DNA from: Candidatus Micrarchaeia archaeon
GTDB taxonomy: Archaea; Micrarchaeota; Micrarchaeia; Anstonellales; J096
Reading direction: 5' to 3'
NCBI GenBank assembly: GCA_041500865.1
Contig: JBGQMY010000019.1
Location: forward strand, 1 to 24,056
Length of the DNA stretch: 24,056 nt
Within the stretch, counting starts at the first letter, position 1. Every line of letters starts with the position of its first letter. The notes beneath the pieces are model-generated. The model was not told where the DNA came from. It worked only from the letters and a program-made list of their open reading frames with translations, and searched no databases. Positions 8,213 to 17,176 of this stretch are shown piece by piece. The translations under genes were made by a program, and so were the position numbers.

Positions 8213-9072
8213 TTTCCTATCTTGGCTATGAAGAAGCCTTCGCTTTTTAAGTGGTGCGGTTGGATGCGCCAAACTTTTTTAAACTCTGCTCCGTATTCGG
8301 AAAGCCCGCCATCATGGGGGAGCTCCATCTGAATGGATTCAAGCCTCGCATCAGGCCGGTTCTCAAGCAGGAATTTCACGATTTCCTCGTTCTCCTCCTT
8401 TGCGAACGTGCATGTGGAATAGACCATTTTTCCGCCAGGCTTAAGGGCCTCGAAGCCTGCCAGAACCAGCTTCCTCTGCACCCTTGCCATGTCCCTGAGT
8501 CTGTCCCTGTCCAGGGTCCTGAACGCGGACAGCGAGGAGCCCATGGACGAGCATGGCGCGTCAAGCAGCACGCGGTCAAACTCTTCCTTGTAGCCAAGGC
8601 GCCTTGCGTCCCCTCTTGTGACTATTATGTTGAGCGCGCCCATCCTCCTCATGCTGCCGACAAGGACGCTGAGCCTGCTAATCTTGACGTCATTGGCGAT
8701 TATGGTTCCGGTGTTGTTCATCATCGCGCTCATCTGCGTCGTTTTTCCGCCTGGCGCGGCTGCCATGTCCAATATTTTTTCATGCGGTTCCGGGCTGAGC
8801 ACGAAGGGCGGCAGCATTGAAGACAGCGTCTGCGTGTGTATCATGCCTGAAAAGAACTCAATTGTGTTGCCTATCGGGAAATCCTTGTCCACGCTGTAAG
8901 CCAGCGGCAGGGGCTCCTTTTCCATCTTCAGCTCGGTGAAGGAAAGAAACTTTTCCTCAGAGCATTTGAGCGTGTTGGCGCGGAACGTCTTCCTGAGGTT
9001 GGACAGCGTGTCAACTAGGGCATCCGGGTCGGTATACTGCGAAAGGTATTCCCTGTATGAGGCTGGGTCCAT
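8203..9072 (-). CDS. NOL1/NOP2/Sun (RsmB/RsmF/Trm4-like) RNA cytosine-C5 methyltransferase
   Basis: ILDMAAAPGGKTTQ, ANDV, FDRVLLDAPCS and MVYSTCTF motifs, with both catalytic Cys present. Start reassigned to ATG 9072. The stop codon lies inside tRNA-Ala. Confidence 0.93.
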   Translation of the reverse strand: MDPASYREYLSQYTDPDALVDTLSNLRKTFRANTLKCSEEKFLSFTELKMEKEPLPLAYSVDKDFPIGNTIEFFSGMIHTQTLSSMLPPFVLSPEPHEKILDMAAAPGGKTTQMSAMMNNTGTIIANDVKISRLSVLVGSMRRMGALNIIVTRGDARRLGYKEEFDRVLLDAPCSSMGSSLSAFRTLDRDRLRDMARVQRKLVLAGFEALKPGGKMVYSTCTFAKEENEEIVKFLLENRPDARLESIQMELPHDGGLSEYGAEFKKVWRIQPHHLKSEGFFIAKIGKGP

Positions 9073-9213
9073 CAGATGAAAAAGGCTAAAGAGTGTTTTT
9101 ATTCCTGCTGTGGAATGCTTAAAATATAATATAATTGCATAATAAGAGGAGGAAAAGGCGACAGGACGCGATTCAAGCACGGGCGTCATTCCGAGAAAAG
9201 GACTATTGTTTAA

Positions 9214-9987
9214 TTACTCCAATAGCAGATACGTTCCTTTACCTTGGAATTTCAATATTCCTCTATCGCGTAAAATTTGCAGTTGTTGCCTTATCTTATC
9301 CCGGACATGCGAATTTCTTGGATGAAGTTCCTTTAATTTGGATTCAAATCTATAGATATCAGAAAGACAGAATTTGGTCTTTCCAGATCTGCGCACAAAA
9401 TATAATACATCTGAAATCCAACCACGTTCAAGATAGCTCTTCGAATCAAGAAAGTCCAAGGCTCTATATTTTTTCTGTACTTCCTCTGGTTTTACTGGCG
9501 TCTCTTCCTTGATTACTCTTATGCATGCATCTAACGGAAGTTTGGAGAATAGAATATTACATCCAATCCATCCAGCGCGGCGAGCATTTTCCCCAAGTGG
9601 TTTTCTTTCCTCTATGATTGCAGGCGTAATGAAAAAGCGCGGGATGAGAAAAAGGTTGCGGACTACTAAATCCATCGCATCATACTCCATGAAGAAAAAA
9701 TCTGGTGATTTATTCTGTTTTATGCTGCTCATTATAGGCCCGAAGGCACCATCAACTACTTTTTTACCCAATGGTTTACTTTGACTTTTGAGCTGGAATT
9801 CATGGGCGCAAGATGAGCAGAAAAAATCTACGACTTTCGTATTGTTTTTTTCACGATCTATTGGGGTACTCAAACAATTCGGACAATACATTTCAGAACC
9901 AAACCATAATTCCGTGAGTACTCTTGCAAGCTGTGCCTTGCTCTTATATTGCGCAACGGCAGTTGATTCATAAAGTGATAAATCCAC
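9214..9987 (-). CDS. DpnI-family (Dam-replacing protein) methyl-directed restriction endonuclease
   Basis: ARVLTE.W..YCPNC, DFFCSSC..EFQLKS, VDGAF, ERKPL..ARRAGWIGCNI, plus the C-terminal winged helix HPRNSHVRDKIRQQLQILRD. Confidence 0.92.
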   Translation of the reverse strand: MDLSLYESTAVAQYKSKAQLARVLTELWFGSEMYCPNCLSTPIDREKNNTKVVDFFCSSCAHEFQLKSQSKPLGKKVVDGAFGPIMSSIKQNKSPDFFFMEYDAMDLVVRNLFLIPRFFITPAIIEERKPLGENARRAGWIGCNILFSKLPLDACIRVIKEETPVKPEEVQKKYRALDFLDSKSYLERGWISDVLYFVRRSGKTKFCLSDIYRFESKLKELHPRNSHVRDKIRQQLQILRDRGILKFQGKGTYLLLE

Positions 9988-10011
9988 AATACTTTAACCT
10001 ATAGGGGCTAT

Positions 10012-10275
10012 TTATTGATTTGGTTTTCTTTTATTTTCAGCTTTTAATTTTATGAGCCCCGCAAGTTCGATAAGACGCTTGCGATTTTGTACAGTATTGA
10101 ATAAAACTACTACTTCTTCCTCGGAACGTAATCTGGTTTCTTCTACAAAATTTGGATTTTCATTAATTTCATTACCTGCAAGAAAAAATTTACGTAGTTT
10201 GCCACTCAAAAAATATAGCACAATGTAACTGGATTCATTTGAATCTGAATTGTACTTATTGAACACGCTTTTCAT
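10012..10275 (-). CDS. Hypothetical 87-aa protein in the AT-rich islet upstream of the DpnI-like gene
   Basis: ORF co-oriented with and 24 nt upstream of the DpnI-like gene. TTTTAAAT box on the minus strand at about 10299-10306. No recognisable motif. Confidence 0.5.
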   Translation of the reverse strand: MKSVFNKYNSDSNESSYIVLYFLSGKLRKFFLAGNEINENPNFVEETRLRSEEEVVVLFNTVQNRKRLIELAGLIKLKAENKRKPNQ

Positions 10276-10331
10276 TCATCACAACTGCCTCTTCAGTCAT
10301 TTAAAAGCTTTCTAGACCTCTCTGCCAGACC

Positions 10332-13300
10332 CTATTCCTGTCCTTCGTCGCTGCCCTTTTTCAGCTTCCTCAGCGCTATCTTCCCCCTGCGCGTGCCGAA
10401 GAGACCCATTATGGGCTCCCTGTAGCTGTACGCTATGACCGCAAGGCTGCCGATGATAAGAAGGCCAATGGCAAGGAGGCGCGTCTCATTCTCTCCCTTC
10501 TGCTTGATGAATGCCGCTATGTCAGCTGAAATTCCCTTCGCCATGCTTATCGCAGAGCCGTATTTCTGCAGCCCAAGCGCATCCTCCGCGCCCTTGAGCG
10601 AGCTTTCCGCCCTGGAAACGGAAGCGGAATCCAAATCCGCCCTTGATTGGCCAAGAAGCATGGACGCGGTCGAGATTTCGTTCTCCGCGACCTTTGCAAT
10701 ATTGTTTATCCCGTCCGACATCAAGGCCGCGAGCGAGGCGCTTTGGTTCAAATAACTGCGCATCTGCCTTTCCGTGGCCGCTTTCCTCATCTTCGCTATT
10801 TCCGAGGAAAAATGGCTCGGCGCATACGGCAGGTATGACTCGGCCTTGTGCTGCTTGGCGTCGTTGTATATTGCCTCGTACGCCGTAAGGTTGGATTCCA
10901 GCGCGGAGAGCGCTGACTCAAGCGACGCGTTGAGGCGCGCAAGGCCGTTGTCCCTGTCAGCCAACGCCGAGAGCACCGCATTCGAAACGATATCAAGGTA
11001 ATAGGATGCGTAAACCGCCTGCGTCAGGTTGCCTTCCGCGCTTTTGGCCTTGACGTAGCTCTGCCTGAATGAGGACATGGCGGCGGACACGGATGGGTCG
11101 TCCATGCCGTTGTCATTGTAGGATTTCTCCGTCTTCGTGAAATTCGTGAATGCCTGCGAAAGCCATTTCGAGGTTTCGGTTTCGCTCCACTGCGGGTTGT
11201 AGCCCGAAAGAAGCGCTGCGGCTTCCGCCGCGCCCGCTGCATTGGCCCTTGACCTGAGAGACGACAGGCTTGCGAGCCTTGTCCCATAAAGGTCTACAAG
11301 ATAGGAAGAGTGGTTCAGCGAGCCGGCGAGCGCGATTGACTCGTTCAGCGATGCCGCCTCCATATCAAGCAGGGAAAGCTGCTTTGACAGCGTGGCGTTG
11401 GCCTTGCGCTCCGCGTCCAGCCTCGCCGAAATGGTCCTGTTGAGCGAAAGCAGCTCGGAAAGCGCGGTTGAGTTCTGCCCCATGCTGAGCAGCACCGTTA
11501 TATTGTCCAGCTTTTGCCTTTCCGATTCCGTCAGGTTCATGTCTCCCAGCGCGTCCGTGAGATTGCCTATCGTGTCGCGGGCAACGTCCCTTGGGTATAC
11601 GCAGTCCATCAGCACGTCGCCTGTGCCCCTGACTTTCTGGAGAACCGCCTGTGACGCAGTCTGCGAATACTGGTATGTCGAACTTTCAACGGTGCACACG
11701 GATTCCTTGCGCAGCGTTACCGTGTCAAGGTAAACGTTGGGCGAGATATGGACAGCCCTGTGTATTATCGTAGACTGCGGAGTGCTCTCTGTGGTCTGGT
11801 TTTCCGAAACCGCATATGCCCCGGATTTTGATTTCTCCGCGGTCGCCTCGTACGTCCCTTCCGGAATAGGCCTCGTCACTGCGCCGCCCGGGTATTTGGC
11901 GCCGTTGAACGCCACGCTTTCATATTCGCCCATGTCCAGCCCGTCCAAGGGAACGGATATGCTGACAAGCCAGCTTTCCGTGGTGTATGCCGTGCCGTCG
12001 ATGCCGTTCGTTTCGGCGGACGCAAGCGTCCCTTGCGCGAAGATGCCCTGCTTCCTGAATTCGTATGTCCTTATTTCCATGGGCTGGAGGCTCCGCACCG
12101 TGAACGTAAGGGTTTTTCCTGACTTCGCCGCGCTTATTCCGGATATCTCGCCGGGCTCTATCGTGAGCGGGGGCTGGAAGGATATGACTATCTCATCAAT
12201 CCTCTGTTGAAGAGGGTTCTCTATCTTTATGGTTCCTGAAAGGGACGACATCCCGTTCAAGTCCGCGACCGGCGGCGCATATTCCACTTCGGGGACTATC
12301 GACGACTCAAGATACTGCGCGAGCATGGCCTCTATGTCCTTCTCCGCGCTTGAATACGCGGCCCTCAGCGTTTTCAGGCGCCCAAGCGCGGCCCCGAAAT
12401 CTATCGATGAGCCTGCTATAAGGCCCGATTCCTCGCCTTCCACCCTGGCCCTTATGGAATCCAGGACGCCGTTCCTGTCCGCCTCGAAATAGCGTATCAG
12501 CCTTGCCCTTGTGGCCGGCAGGTCCGAGTACGCCGCCTCCGCCTTGCCGATTATCTCCTGCTCTATGTTGTTCATGTGCTCTATGGCAAGCCTCATGTTT
12601 GCGCTGTTTTTGTACATGTCGAACTCCGCCTGCTCCGAGCTGACGTCTATATTGTCCTTTTTCGCGTTGTCGAGCATTGACTGGACCTCGGCCTTGAGGC
12701 GCGCAAGCGCCTCCGTCTCGTTCTGCGTTGATTCGGGCCTTGCGAGCGCAAGCGCGGCAAGGTACGCCTCCTTGTATTCCGTGAACCTTTCCCCCAGCGT
12801 TTCCTTGTTGTCCCCGGCCGCTATTTTCTGGTATATGTACGAGACGTTGTAGCCTTCCGCCCTCTTGCCGTCCGCTATCGACACCGCCTGCGACCTGGTG
12901 TAGTTTACAGTCCCCTGCGCATAATACAGCGTCTCTTTCGCGGAAACGATTGCCTCGCTTATCCTGCTGTTCAGCGAAACGTAGCCGTCATACGCATCCG
13001 CGGCCCATCCGTACGGCTTATCCTTTTCAAGCACATTCAGCCTTTCAAGCTCTGCAGACGCCTGGCTGCTTTGTTCGTCATACTGCGCGAAGGACGCCGC
13101 AATGTTCCCGACGCTGGAGCTCAGCGGGCCTTCGGGTATGTATATCTCCGTTATATTTCCAAGATTCTGCTTGTCTAGGTCAGAAGTCGTTTGTATCAGC
13201 AGATTGCTGCTGGAATCCGCGTTTGACCTTGCATCCTCAAGCGCCCTGGCAAAAGACAGGTTCTTTTGCGCATATTCGGCTTCCAGCCCAGAGTTTGAGG

Positions 13301-14345
13301 ATATGAAATCCCACATCATGTTGGTGCCTTCAACTGCATAGGTGAGGTTTGTCGGCATCTTGCCCATTGAATCCCTGAGCGCGGCGTCGTTGTCCGAAGC
13401 CATTGAGTAATACGTGGTCGCGTTTGACGAGACCTCTGCCTCAAGCTGCCTGCATAGCTGGGAGCCTATGCCCGTATAGCTCCTGCTGCAGAATCCCATG
13501 TATTCCATGCTTGCGTAAAACGACTTTATCCTGGACATGTTCTTGTACGCTGACGAAGAGGAATTCTCATAAAGCTTCAGCGCATAGTCAATGGTTTTCA
13601 CATAGCTGTCCGAATAGTCTATGCAGGCCTGCCTTGATTTCAATAAAGATATTCCGACAAGCATGTCCCTTGCGGCCTCTGAAAGGTAGCCATTTTGCAC
13701 GGCGGTGCCAAGAAGGTCGTTCATGCTGGACGTGTTGCCGCCGCTGTAACCGTTCATGCCTGTATAATCTATTATCTTCACAAGGGAATGCATTTGCGAA
13801 GGGAGGATGATTAGCGTGGCAGCTGATTCCTCGCCTATTTCGTAGGACGTTATGGTGTCGTTGCCGTCCTGATGCGTACTTTTTATGCCTTTTAGCCCTA
13901 AAATGCCAGCGCAGTCCGGGTTGTTGTAAAGGAAGTGCGCGGCATCCTCGCCGCCGTCAAGGAACTTTTGCCTTAATGTTCCCATAGGGATTGTGTCAAG
14001 ATTTACGTTGTTGTTATTGTCAAAGCTGAAGAACGCGCCGCACTCGGCCCTTTGCTCAATGGCCGCGCCGAGCGAGTCCTCATAGGAATTGGCAAGCGAG
14101 GTTGCTGCCGCGTCCATGCCGCTCCTGTCTATTTTTTCCGAGGCCAGCCCAAAAAGGGTGTCGTCAGTGTAGTCCGGGTTTATTATTTCTGAAAGAAGGA
14201 AACTGAACCTGTGCTCGTTCCATGCATTGTAGTCCCAGGGCCTTGGGACGGGCGAGCCTAGCTGGCCCGCGCAGAACGAAAGACCGGAGGCAAGAACGAT
14301 TAAGACAAAAATCCAGATGGCAAGCGCTAGCAGCCTGAAACCCAT
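10332..14345 (-). CDS. Very large (1337 aa) secreted, C-terminally anchored surface protein
   Basis: N-terminal signal/TM segment, long Ala/Ser-rich helical regions, a central beta-rich (Ig-like?) block, C-terminal TM helix and a basic cytoplasmic tail. Confidence 0.8.
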   Translation of the reverse strand: MGFRLLALAIWIFVLIVLASGLSFCAGQLGSPVPRPWDYNAWNEHRFSFLLSEIINPDYTDDTLFGLASEKIDRSGMDAAATSLANSYEDSLGAAIEQRAECGAFFSFDNNNNVNLDTIPMGTLRQKFLDGGEDAAHFLYNNPDCAGILGLKGIKSTHQDGNDTITSYEIGEESAATLIILPSQMHSLVKIIDYTGMNGYSGGNTSSMNDLLGTAVQNGYLSEAARDMLVGISLLKSRQACIDYSDSYVKTIDYALKLYENSSSSAYKNMSRIKSFYASMEYMGFCSRSYTGIGSQLCRQLEAEVSSNATTYYSMASDNDAALRDSMGKMPTNLTYAVEGTNMMWDFISSNSGLEAEYAQKNLSFARALEDARSNADSSSNLLIQTTSDLDKQNLGNITEIYIPEGPLSSSVGNIAASFAQYDEQSSQASAELERLNVLEKDKPYGWAADAYDGYVSLNSRISEAIVSAKETLYYAQGTVNYTRSQAVSIADGKRAEGYNVSYIYQKIAAGDNKETLGERFTEYKEAYLAALALARPESTQNETEALARLKAEVQSMLDNAKKDNIDVSSEQAEFDMYKNSANMRLAIEHMNNIEQEIIGKAEAAYSDLPATRARLIRYFEADRNGVLDSIRARVEGEESGLIAGSSIDFGAALGRLKTLRAAYSSAEKDIEAMLAQYLESSIVPEVEYAPPVADLNGMSSLSGTIKIENPLQQRIDEIVISFQPPLTIEPGEISGISAAKSGKTLTFTVRSLQPMEIRTYEFRKQGIFAQGTLASAETNGIDGTAYTTESWLVSISVPLDGLDMGEYESVAFNGAKYPGGAVTRPIPEGTYEATAEKSKSGAYAVSENQTTESTPQSTIIHRAVHISPNVYLDTVTLRKESVCTVESSTYQYSQTASQAVLQKVRGTGDVLMDCVYPRDVARDTIGNLTDALGDMNLTESERQKLDNITVLLSMGQNSTALSELLSLNRTISARLDAERKANATLSKQLSLLDMEAASLNESIALAGSLNHSSYLVDLYGTRLASLSSLRSRANAAGAAEAAALLSGYNPQWSETETSKWLSQAFTNFTKTEKSYNDNGMDDPSVSAAMSSFRQSYVKAKSAEGNLTQAVYASYYLDIVSNAVLSALADRDNGLARLNASLESALSALESNLTAYEAIYNDAKQHKAESYLPYAPSHFSSEIAKMRKAATERQMRSYLNQSASLAALMSDGINNIAKVAENEISTASMLLGQSRADLDSASVSRAESSLKGAEDALGLQKYGSAISMAKGISADIAAFIKQKGENETRLLAIGLLIIGSLAVIAYSYREPIMGLFGTRRGKIALRKLKKGSDEGQE

Positions 14346-14367
14346 GGCTCCCTATGGGCTGACATGC

Positions 14368-14381
14368 ATTTAAATATATTT
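14368..14381. promoter_or_regulatory. Bidirectional TATA element shared by tRNA-iMet and the 1337-aa gene
   Basis: ATTTAAATATATTT sits centrally in the 58-bp divergent gap, about 23-35 nt from each 5' end. Confidence 0.55.
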
Positions 14382-14403
14382 GCCACGAATAACCCCTTTG
14401 CGC

Positions 14404-14478
14404 AGCGGGGTAGGGTAGCTTGGAGTGCCCGCCGGGCTCATAACCCGGAGATCGGTGGTTCAAATCCACCTCCCGCTA
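14404..14478 (+). tRNA. trnM: Initiator tRNA-Met(CAT)
   Basis: A1:U72 pair (AGCGGGG/TCCCGCT) and anticodon arm CCGGG-CT-CAT-AA-CCCGG with three consecutive G:C pairs, the hallmarks of archaeal initiator tRNA. Confidence 0.96.
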
Positions 14479-14482
14479 AAGT

Positions 14483-14526
14483 CTTTTTTCTTTGCTAAGA
14501 AAAAGTATTTTAGGCGCTACGGCGCT
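14483..14526 (+). repeat. tRNA-3'-associated palindromic repeat element (short form)
   Basis: CTTTTTTCTT-TGCT-AAGAAAAAG, then TATTTTA, then GGCGC-TACG-GCGCT. Confidence 0.65.
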
Positions 14527-14556
14527 ATTTTTAACCCCTCTTCGCATAATAAACTC

Positions 14557-14694
14557 ATGCATGAAAAAAAGCTTCTTGATGATGAGGATTCTCTTATAGC
14601 CATGAAGCTATATGAGCTTGAGGTAAAAAGAAAAGCAGGAACGCTAAGAACCGAAACCCTTGGCGAAGTCAAGAAAAAATATCATCATTCATAG
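14557..14694 (+). CDS. 45-aa protein, possibly antitoxin-like
   Basis: MHEKKLLDDEDSLIAMKLYELEVKRKAGTLRTETLGEVKKKYHHS. TTTTTAAC box at 14528-14535. The acidic patch and TLxEVKKK end recall RelB-like small antitoxins (weak). Confidence 0.45.
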   Translation: MHEKKLLDDEDSLIAMKLYELEVKRKAGTLRTETLGEVKKKYHHS

Positions 14695-14703
14695 GTGTGA
14701 AAA

Positions 14704-15093
14704 TTGAAAATCGCGATGCTTGCATGCGGACTGCTGGAGGACAACGGCAGGGCGCTTTTCCTCGTTTCAATAAATAAAGAAAAAAAGGAGCGGTTTTTGC
14801 TTCCATATGACTTTGTGATGCCTGGGGAAGACCCCGTATCGCGCATTGTGGAGGCATTCAGATTGCAAACCGGCATAGACGCGCAGGCGCATGAGATTGC
14901 GTTTGAAGGCAGACACAATGCCGGCTCAAGGAAAAGGAAGCTGTGGGTTCCGGCAATGGCGTTCCACATGACCGCAAAAAACGCAAGGGCAATTCCGTCC
15001 AAGGCGTTCTCCGGCTTTAGGTGGGTGCCGCTTGGTGAAGTTGCCAGCTTAAGGCTGGCAAGGGAGGCCGAGTGGCTTAGGGACGTTAGCTGA
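14704..15093 (+). CDS. NUDIX-fold protein with a degenerate Nudix box
   Basis: LP....PGEDP......F..QTGI and FRWVPL match the Nudix fold, but REUXEE is replaced by EAFRLQ. GGTG RBS precedes the TTG start. Confidence 0.7.
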   Translation: MKIAMLACGLLEDNGRALFLVSINKEKKERFLLPYDFVMPGEDPVSRIVEAFRLQTGIDAQAHEIAFEGRHNAGSRKRKLWVPAMAFHMTAKNARAIPSKAFSGFRWVPLGEVASLRLAREAEWLRDVS

Positions 15094-17128
15094 TTTTTGT
15101 CAGCACAATCGAACCAGTAGTGTCCTCTGGATAATCACAGCCGGGGCAGGTGTAGATTTGAATACGGCTCGCGTATATTTCTTGCTGATCTAGCTTGTAT
15201 CCGGGAGCGATGTTGCCCAGCGTTATTGTTGTCAAGCTGGCAGACACGACGCCGCCCTGTATTATGCCGCCATTCGGGGTGTCTATCGAAAGGTCCCAGT
15301 AGCCAACGTCGCCGGCATTTTTTGTGGTGCCTGGCGGAGGCGGCTGAAGCTGGCCTGAGGCGTTGCAGCCTGAGGCGCAATCAAAGAACGGGTGCGCTGT
15401 CTGCGCCCATTTGACCGTTCCGCATTCGACATCTATCAGGAAGGTGTATGAAATGGAGTATGGCGTATATGTATATGGGAATGATGGGTCATTTATCATA
15501 TGGTACTTTCCCTTTTCAGTGACCACGCCGTTCCATCTGCCGTCGTATGGCGCATACGGCGCCCTGTCCCCGCAGCGCTGGTCTACTTGGATGGATGTCT
15601 GGCCGCAGGCGCTGGCGCCGGCAGAGTCATATGCGCACACTGTAAATGCGCTTGTCCCTGCAGTTGTCGGGGTTCCGCTTATGATGCCATCGCTTGACAT
15701 TGTCAGGCCGTCAGGCAAGGAGCCTGAACCCGGCTGGATGGCAAAATGGTATGGCGGCGAGCCGCCGGAAATTCCATTGGATGACATGTTTTGCTGGTAT
15801 AACTCTTCTGTCGTTGCCCAAGACGGCACAATGCCGTATGGGAAAGGCGAGAATGGGTATGTAAAATTAGGGAACGCCTGTGTGCCGGTGTTAACGGCGC
15901 TTCCGGGCGACGCAAGCTCCATTGCCCTGCTCAGGAAGCCCATGCTTGTCTGCTCAAAGCTTGTAGGTATGACCTTGTTCTTGCCCATCTCGGCAAGCGC
16001 CTTGTCAAATGCATCGGTGACCTGGCTTGCGTTGAGGGCCGGGTTGGCTGACCATATGTAGTCCAACGCCGCCGAAACTTCCGGGGCTGCAAAAGAGGTG
16101 CCCGAGCATTCTGTCATTGTTGACGTCGTTGGGTTGTATATGTTCACGTTGTCGCTTGGCGCATAGACGATTGGAAGCGAACTGTCGCCGGCATGGTTGA
16201 ATCCCTTCTCTATTTCCCCGTCTGGGTTTGAGCCGCCGACAATCTTCACGTGCTTGAACGCATCCTTGTAGTCGTTTTGGAGCTGCCCCAGCTCGCTGTC
16301 CATGTCAACGCCCGCATTGCCTGCGCTGATTACGAGGATTGCGCGCTCGGCAGACGCCGGGTCGTCCTTTATCTGCTGGTCAAAAAGCTGCAGGAACATG
16401 CGCAAAACATCCATCTGTGCGTGCCTTATGGAACTGCATTGCGCGCTTGAACAGCCTGTCTTGTCGCCAGAAGCCGCAGCGGCTGATTCCGCTGACTGGA
16501 GGGACAGGCTGAAAACGACGTTCTCGTTTGCCGCCTTTGCAGTTGCCATCCTTTGCCCGATGTCATGCGCTATGGATATCCATTGCGCCCCATGGACGTC
16601 TGTCTCCTCGGTGTTTTGCGTAAGGCGACCTGCAATCAGCTTTGTGAGGTCTCCATGCTGCGCAGAGCAGTCTGTTGGGTCCTGCGCGTACGAAAATAAG
16701 TCATAAAGCGAAACTATGGAGGGTGCCGGAGCCGAGGCCGGGATGCCGTCAATGAACCACTGCTCGCCGTACATTGCAGAAAGGAACCCCGCTTCCTTTC
16801 CTGTTTCTACTCTTATGAGATAAATGCCGGCGCGCGGGATTGCGGATGCGATGCTGCCGCCCTTTGCCATGATTGACGCGTTGACTGCTGCCAGCGTTGC
16901 GTTTTTCGTGAAAATATACACAAAGCCAGGATATGCGGATTCCGCAGCCAGTGATTCGCCGCCCTTTGACAGGTAGCTTACATTCGCAGTTTCCTGCGGC
17001 ATGGCGCCGCTCGGCGCAATCGCGCCTTCAAGGACATTGTGCATTTCAGGCTTCGAATTATTGGGCCCGACGCACCCGAAAAGAAGAACCGCCAAAAGCA
17101 TTGGCAACAGAACCTTCGCTGCGTCCAT
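15086..17128 (-). CDS. S8 (subtilisin-like) serine peptidase lipoprotein with a putative Ig (He_PIG-like) domain
   Basis: Lipobox LLFGC. Candidate catalytic residues are D (SLYDL), H (QHGDLT), oxyanion N (SAGNAG) and S (SGTSFAAPEV). GGSPPY..GSLPDGLTMSSDGIISGTPTTAGT is an Ig repeat. Confidence 0.85.
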   Translation of the reverse strand: MDAAKVLLPMLLAVLLFGCVGPNNSKPEMHNVLEGAIAPSGAMPQETANVSYLSKGGESLAAESAYPGFVYIFTKNATLAAVNASIMAKGGSIASAIPRAGIYLIRVETGKEAGFLSAMYGEQWFIDGIPASAPAPSIVSLYDLFSYAQDPTDCSAQHGDLTKLIAGRLTQNTEETDVHGAQWISIAHDIGQRMATAKAANENVVFSLSLQSAESAAAASGDKTGCSSAQCSSIRHAQMDVLRMFLQLFDQQIKDDPASAERAILVISAGNAGVDMDSELGQLQNDYKDAFKHVKIVGGSNPDGEIEKGFNHAGDSSLPIVYAPSDNVNIYNPTTSTMTECSGTSFAAPEVSAALDYIWSANPALNASQVTDAFDKALAEMGKNKVIPTSFEQTSMGFLSRAMELASPGSAVNTGTQAFPNFTYPFSPFPYGIVPSWATTEELYQQNMSSNGISGGSPPYHFAIQPGSGSLPDGLTMSSDGIISGTPTTAGTSAFTVCAYDSAGASACGQTSIQVDQRCGDRAPYAPYDGRWNGVVTEKGKYHMINDPSFPYTYTPYSISYTFLIDVECGTVKWAQTAHPFFDCASGCNASGQLQPPPPGTTKNAGDVGYWDLSIDTPNGGIIQGGVVSASLTTITLGNIAPGYKLDQQEIYASRIQIYTCPGCDYPEDTTGSIVLTKIS

Positions 17129-17176
17129 GGCATTTTGTCGCTTGCGCGGTTTTTAATATGTTGCCTTAGGCTTTTT

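Noticed and set aside
10435..13810. Numerous plus-strand ORFs opposite the 1337-aa gene (and similar antisense ORFs elsewhere)
   Set aside because: Antisense shadows caused by codon bias, with no motifs or promoters.
8141..14478. Integrated element or provirus between tRNA-Ala and tRNA-iMet
   Set aside because: There is no integrase, no duplicated tRNA 3' end and no viral hallmark gene. The tRNAs point outward and most of the DNA has host-like composition.
14425..14556. N-terminal extension of the 89-aa ORF
   Set aside because: It starts inside tRNA-iMet. ATG 14557 behind a TATA box is the plausible start.
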